Shown in pieces: positions 59,677 through 64,000 of a stretch of 64,000 nt of DNA. The position numbers were made by a program, and so were the translations under genes. The stretch lies in NCBI GenBank assembly GCA_036172245.1, contig JAYWIR010000021.1:1364001-1428000 (forward strand), in the 5' to 3' direction. Below the pieces are notes generated by a model. The model was not told the origin of the DNA. It made no database searches and worked only from the letters and a program-made list of their open reading frames with translations. The stretch is from Raillietiella orientalis (taxonomy: Eukaryota). Every line of letters starts with the position of its first letter. Position 1 is the stretch's first letter.

Positions 59677-61117
59677 GGAACCTTAGGCGAGCTTTGGGAG
59701 GCAGCTGACCCTTAGACCTATTCTTTGCATGCTCCAACGAAAAACACCCGCCATCCTAGTGCGACCGAGACGCGAATCCTGGCAACCCTGTCGGCCAGCC
59801 ACAGGAGGCCAGGCTGCTCTCGAGCGTCTGGCAGACTAGCCCCCCTCGACGCGCGCTGCAACTTCGAAGAACCGGCGCGAGCTCCCCCCGTCGGGTGGGA
59901 TTCTCGAAGTCCAGCGAAAGGAAACGGCGCGGGTGGCGCCATCATCCAATCTTGCAGAGCAGCAGCGGCGACGTAGTCACGGATTCCTCGCCGCAGAGCA
60001 GATGCTCTTCGTGCAAGGCGGGGGAGGAAACGGCGCGCGAAGCGCCACCGGCAGCGCGCGCAGCGGAGGTTCTTCGATGCACCTGCGAACGCCGTCCCGG
60101 CTTTCCACGAAGCACGTCTTCCTGCAGCCTCGCGACCTCTCCAGTCATCGCGGAAGAGGGTCCGCCCCTGGAGAGCTCCTCTCGAGGTATCCTCGTTTCT
60201 CCCTCCCTAAAAATCCCTTGCAGCCACACCCACCCCGTTGCTGCCGTTGGTTCCGTGATTCTTCCTCCCATGCTGCAGAAGCCGCTCCGCTCGGTCGGGC
60301 TGCGGAAGATCTCGAAGTCTGAGTCATCGGAACCTCGCGCGGCGACGCCCTCGCAGACGGGAGCAAAGGAAGGAACGAGCTCGGGTTTTCTGGAGCCTTC
60401 CTCTTGCACACGCCCCAGGGACCGCCCCATTATTGCGGAGCAGTCGCGCCGCGACTCCCCGCGAACCCTCCTGCTGCTGCTAACGATCCTCCGCGTGCGA
60501 TCCACACGGGCAACAGGAACGGGCTGGTAGACCAAGACTGAGGGAGACAGAGAGGGGAATGCTTTGGAGCAGTGTCCGTCTGGTCCTCCCCAATGCCGCA
60601 CGCCTGACGAGTGCGGCGGTACTCACTATGCGCTACTGTGAACCCGATTGACTTCCCCGGGAGCGGAGCCTGGAGCCGCACCAAGCAGCACAGGGAATCT
60701 CGAACGAGGGAATTGCATCTCCCCCAGAGACGGAACAGCAATACTGAGGCCCAACAAGAACTCGGAGCTCTCCGGTCCTGGAGTTTCCAGGCTTCCCGAG
60801 CGAGCCCCGGGGAGCTCAGCCGTCCGAAGGGAAACCTGAAGAGCCACTCCCGGAGCCACGACGTCGGAGGACCTTGACGGAAACCTTCGGCGAGCTTTGG
60901 GAGGAAGCTGACCCTTGGACCTACTCCTTGCAAGCTCCAACGAAAAGCCCCCGCCATCCTAGTGCGACCGAGACGCGTCTCCGGGCAACCCCATCGGCCA
61001 GCCGCAGGCAGGGCAGGCTGCTCTCGAGCGCCCGGCGGACCAGTCGCTCTCGAACGCTCGCGGCAACTCCGAAGAACCGGCGTGACCCCCTCCCCCCGTC
61101 GGGTGGGAGTCTCAAAG
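59677..61117. repeat. ~235-bp diverged direct repeat pair (59677-59909 and 60879-61117)
   Basis: Shared blocks GGCGAGCTTTGGGAGG, GCTGACCCTT, GCTCCAACGAAAA, CCCGCCATCCTAGTGCGACCGAGACGCG, CAGGCTGCTCTCGAGCG, CGAAGAACCGGCG, CTCCCCCCGTCGGGTGGGA at a constant offset of about 1.2 kb. Confidence 0.9.
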
Positions 61118-61632
61118 ACGGCCGAACCTGATCGAAGGTCTGCTCCTTCCTTGATGGAAAGTTTCCCACCTCCCCCTCTGGTGTTAGGGTCAACGCCCTA
61201 TTCCCGGAGGAAACGGCGCTCCCTCCTCTCCGGCCGCCCTGGCGACCGGCACGACTCCGGCCAAGGGAGCGGGCGTGGCCAGGCAGACGGTGAAGGGAGA
61301 TTCTCTGAGGGGGACTCTCCGGAAAGGTGCACCGAGCGCAAGGATGTCTCCTGAGGGACCGAAGTCTGTGCCTTCTCAGAGAGGGCGAGTCCCTCCCGGA
61401 CACGCGCTAGACAGAGATCGACAGAGGGAACGCTTGGGGCGCGTCCCGCCGGGCGAGCATTCCGTGGTTTCAACAACGTTTTATCCCCCTTCCTCTTCTT
61501 TTCCTTTCCTTCCTTTTTTTTTTTTTTTCTCTCCACCCCGGACGATCCGTTCGGAGAAGGGAGGGAGAAACGGAGAGCTCTTTCGAGCAGCGAACGCTGG
61601 ACCCTCGAGAGCAAGGGAAGAGGGGAGGGAGG

Positions 61633-64000
61633 TCAAAACTGGGTCAGGTTGGACGCGTCGAGCTCGTCTCCTTGGTCTTCCTTGATCTCGTTCTCGAACA
61701 TGCGTTCCAGAAGGTACTCGATGCTGTGGATCTCTGGAATCACGGAGAAGGGAAGAGGGACGGGTGACGGAAGAGGAGGCGACTCTCACGTTTCCTCAGC
61801 CGGAACCGGATGGATGTGTCGTCAGACAGGTCGGGAAGGCGCTTCTTTCTCAGGGAGGTGGGCTTGCACGGGAACTGCTGGCTCTGGTGGTCGCTGTCCA
61901 GCGCGAACTCCGCGTCCCCCCCGGGGGGCTGCGTATGGTCCCCGATGGGCTTGCTGCCGAACGCATCATGAGGACAGGGGTCGAAAAGAGGGGGAGCAAG
62001 GGAGGAGGAGACACAGACGGACAGGTGGTACCTGCAGAGACCCAGCCCCATCTCGTTGATGGCCGACTCCAGCAGGCTCTCCAGATTCCCTCTCGTGATG
62101 GTGTACTCCAGGAAGAACACCTCCAGGACGAAGGCGATGAAAATGCTGCAAGGAGAGGAAGAGGCTGGACCACTGGGTGGACGGACAACCGCTTACTTGA
62201 CCACAATCAGCACGCACACAATGTGAAAGGCAATGAAATAAATCTTCGCCCATGCCGTCGTGGTCAAGATGAATCCGGACGCCAGAACTGGGAGAGGTGA
62301 CGAAGAGGAAAGGAGGAAAGGAACGCATCACCCCTCTCCATCTTTTTTTTTTTTTTTTTTTACCATGCCACTGGTTGACCACGGTCAGCTCGTACAGCAG
62401 AATGAAAGAGCGGAGGAGGTCGTTGAAGTTGTTGCCGCAGTACCCGAGCTCTGCGAAGTCCGAGCCTTCCAGTCGGGGGTTGTGGCACGACGGAGGAGGC
62501 CCCAGGTGGCTAACGTTGCCGCGAGCCTCGAACCGCACCAGACCGTGGAAGAGCTCCATGCCCAGTATGGCGAAGAAGTAGTACACTATCTGCAAAGGCA
62601 ACCGGAAGAGCCGCGAGGAAGACCAAAGAGGACGGGGAGAGGAGGAAAACTTACGAGGATGATGCAGCCGTAGCTACTCAGGGAAGGCAGCAGGTTGGCA
62701 ATGGTGTTCACTATGGCCCTGAAGCGCACGAAGTTGGAAGCCACGCGCACGATCCTCAGGACCCTCAGCACCAGCATGGTGTCCAGCGCCTTCCGGTTAT
62801 ACCGCGAGTAGTAGTACTCGGTGCCAGCGAACCACAGACTGGTCTCCTCGATGCACCACAGAACCAACGTCAGAGAGATCAAAAGGAAGTCGTAACTTGG
62901 GAAGGGAAGGAGGAAGAAGGAAAGCGTATGCGTGCGAACGCCGCGGTGCGCAACATGCACCGCGCCGGGATGCGTACTCACGCGTTCCACGGCTTGCGGA
63001 GGCACTCGCGCAACCCGAAGGTGTATATCTTCAGGAGTATCTCCGCCAGAAACACCAGAAGTAGAGCCACGTTCATATTTTCGAGGTTCAGCGCGATGAC
63101 CAGAGTGTTGATGATGATGATGACGTCGGAAACCCAACGGAAGTATCTGAACAGGTCCGCTGCGCCTTCCGGAAGGGATGAATTCGTCGGCCTCACCTAT
63201 GGCGGACCATGGCAATCACCCATTTAGAAGGGCGGGAATTATAGATTGTGGGGCAGTGCTTGGCGAAAAACGTATGCCTGTCGACAACTTCGCACACTTC
63301 GATGCTCAGAAGATCGGCCAGCTTCAAGTATTCTTGCTTGTCGATGAACCCATCTTTGTCGGTGTCGAGGACCATCCACATAACTTCCCTGAGGCGACGA
63401 GATCGCCTCTGCGGCAGGTGGCCGAGCATCCGGATGAAGTTTTCTTTGCACACGACTTCTTTGCCCTGCTGCCTCACTTTGATGAGCTCGAACGAATTGC
63501 ACAGCTTCTGGCAGCGGACGGACATCTCGTATTTCACTTGCTTCTGCACCGAGCGGGAGAGGGGGGAAAACCTTCGACCTGTAAAACTGACCTTCAGGTG
63601 GCGCCGATAGTTCGTATATACAACAGCAAGGAAGATGTTCATGATCACGTAGACGTTCAGGATTACAAATACAACGAAGAACAAGCTGTAGAATCTGCTA
63701 GAGTCATAAGCAGGCATCCTAGAAAGACACCATCACGACGGCGCCATCCTGAGACGTCCGGCTCACATGACATCGGGATTGTTGGCTGTCGTAACCAAGA
63801 CGTACATTTCGAACAGAACGTTCGTATAAGTGTCGAAATACGAGGACCCATCCGGATACGTCCAGTACCTGAAGAAATCTTCGCATTTACCCGAAGGAAG
63901 AACTGGACAGAGCACATGCCTTCTCTTGAACAGTTTGTAAAAGATGAAAGAGAACAGGAAAAGGCTGAAGAGGAACAGCAGCAGAGCATTCAATATGTCC
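61633..64000 (-). CDS. TPC3: Two-pore channel, TPC3 type (5'-partial). Exons: >64000-63920, 63868-63767, 63718-63592, 63543-63197, 63146-62982, 62895-62655, 62589-62364, 62287-62197, 62145-62032, 61953-61790, 61733-61633
   Basis: The spliced exons give one continuous frame: pore I YVLVTTANNPDVMMPAY, IS6 MNIFLAVVYTNYRRHLK, EF-hand-like linker, IIS4 VLRVLRIVR...RFR, YYFFAILGMELF, YCGNNFND, filter II LTVVNQWH (I recall NQWH as typical of TPC3 versus NNW in TPC1/2), C-terminal EYLLERMFENEI. Introns are 48-86 nt; nine are GT-AG and one GC-AG. Confidence 0.95.

Noticed and set aside
1..61500. Hundreds of long overlapping ORFs in the six-frame track (e.g. 5193-6338, 25357-26442, 43397-44791)
   Set aside because: Arg/Pro/Gly/Ser-rich translations in all frames are expected from very GC-rich DNA; no recognisable domains, and 43397-44791 overlaps a SINE copy
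1..64000. Prokaryotic systems (CRISPR array, operons, rRNA)
   Set aside because: No regularly spaced repeats or rRNA motifs; spliceosomal introns, poly(A) signals and microsatellites show that the DNA is eukaryotic

Overview
Eukaryotic (animal, most likely arthropod) genomic DNA. It has short spliceosomal introns and is mostly very GC-rich, with an AT-rich block at about 7.4-13.6 kb; most ORFs in the six-frame track are GC-rich noise. Well supported: (1) the 3' portion of a two-pore channel gene of the TPC3 type on the minus strand (61633 to >64000, 11 exons reconstructed), with a GC-AG intron and a fully canonical EF-hand loop; (2) four dispersed paralogues (about 23.1-23.8, 29.4-32.7, 46.6-47.4 and 57.4-58.0 kb) of an unnamed family of small, mostly secreted proteins sharing RQ / FSE / hydrophobic segment / GR / C-x5-C-x-DP / two C-terminal Cys motifs and a phase-2 intron at an equivalent position, each with a candidate TATA box and poly(A) signal; (3) a decayed hAT transposase; (4) three copies of a probable tRNA-derived SINE, plus one inverted and one direct repeat pair. 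Notable unexplained signals: many RFX X-box-like palindromes, several clustered around the paralogues; a nearly CpG-free 1.5-kb domain; three long hairpins; and a sharp 130-bp AT-rich insertion that may be mitochondrial. All calls were made by eye, with no database search.
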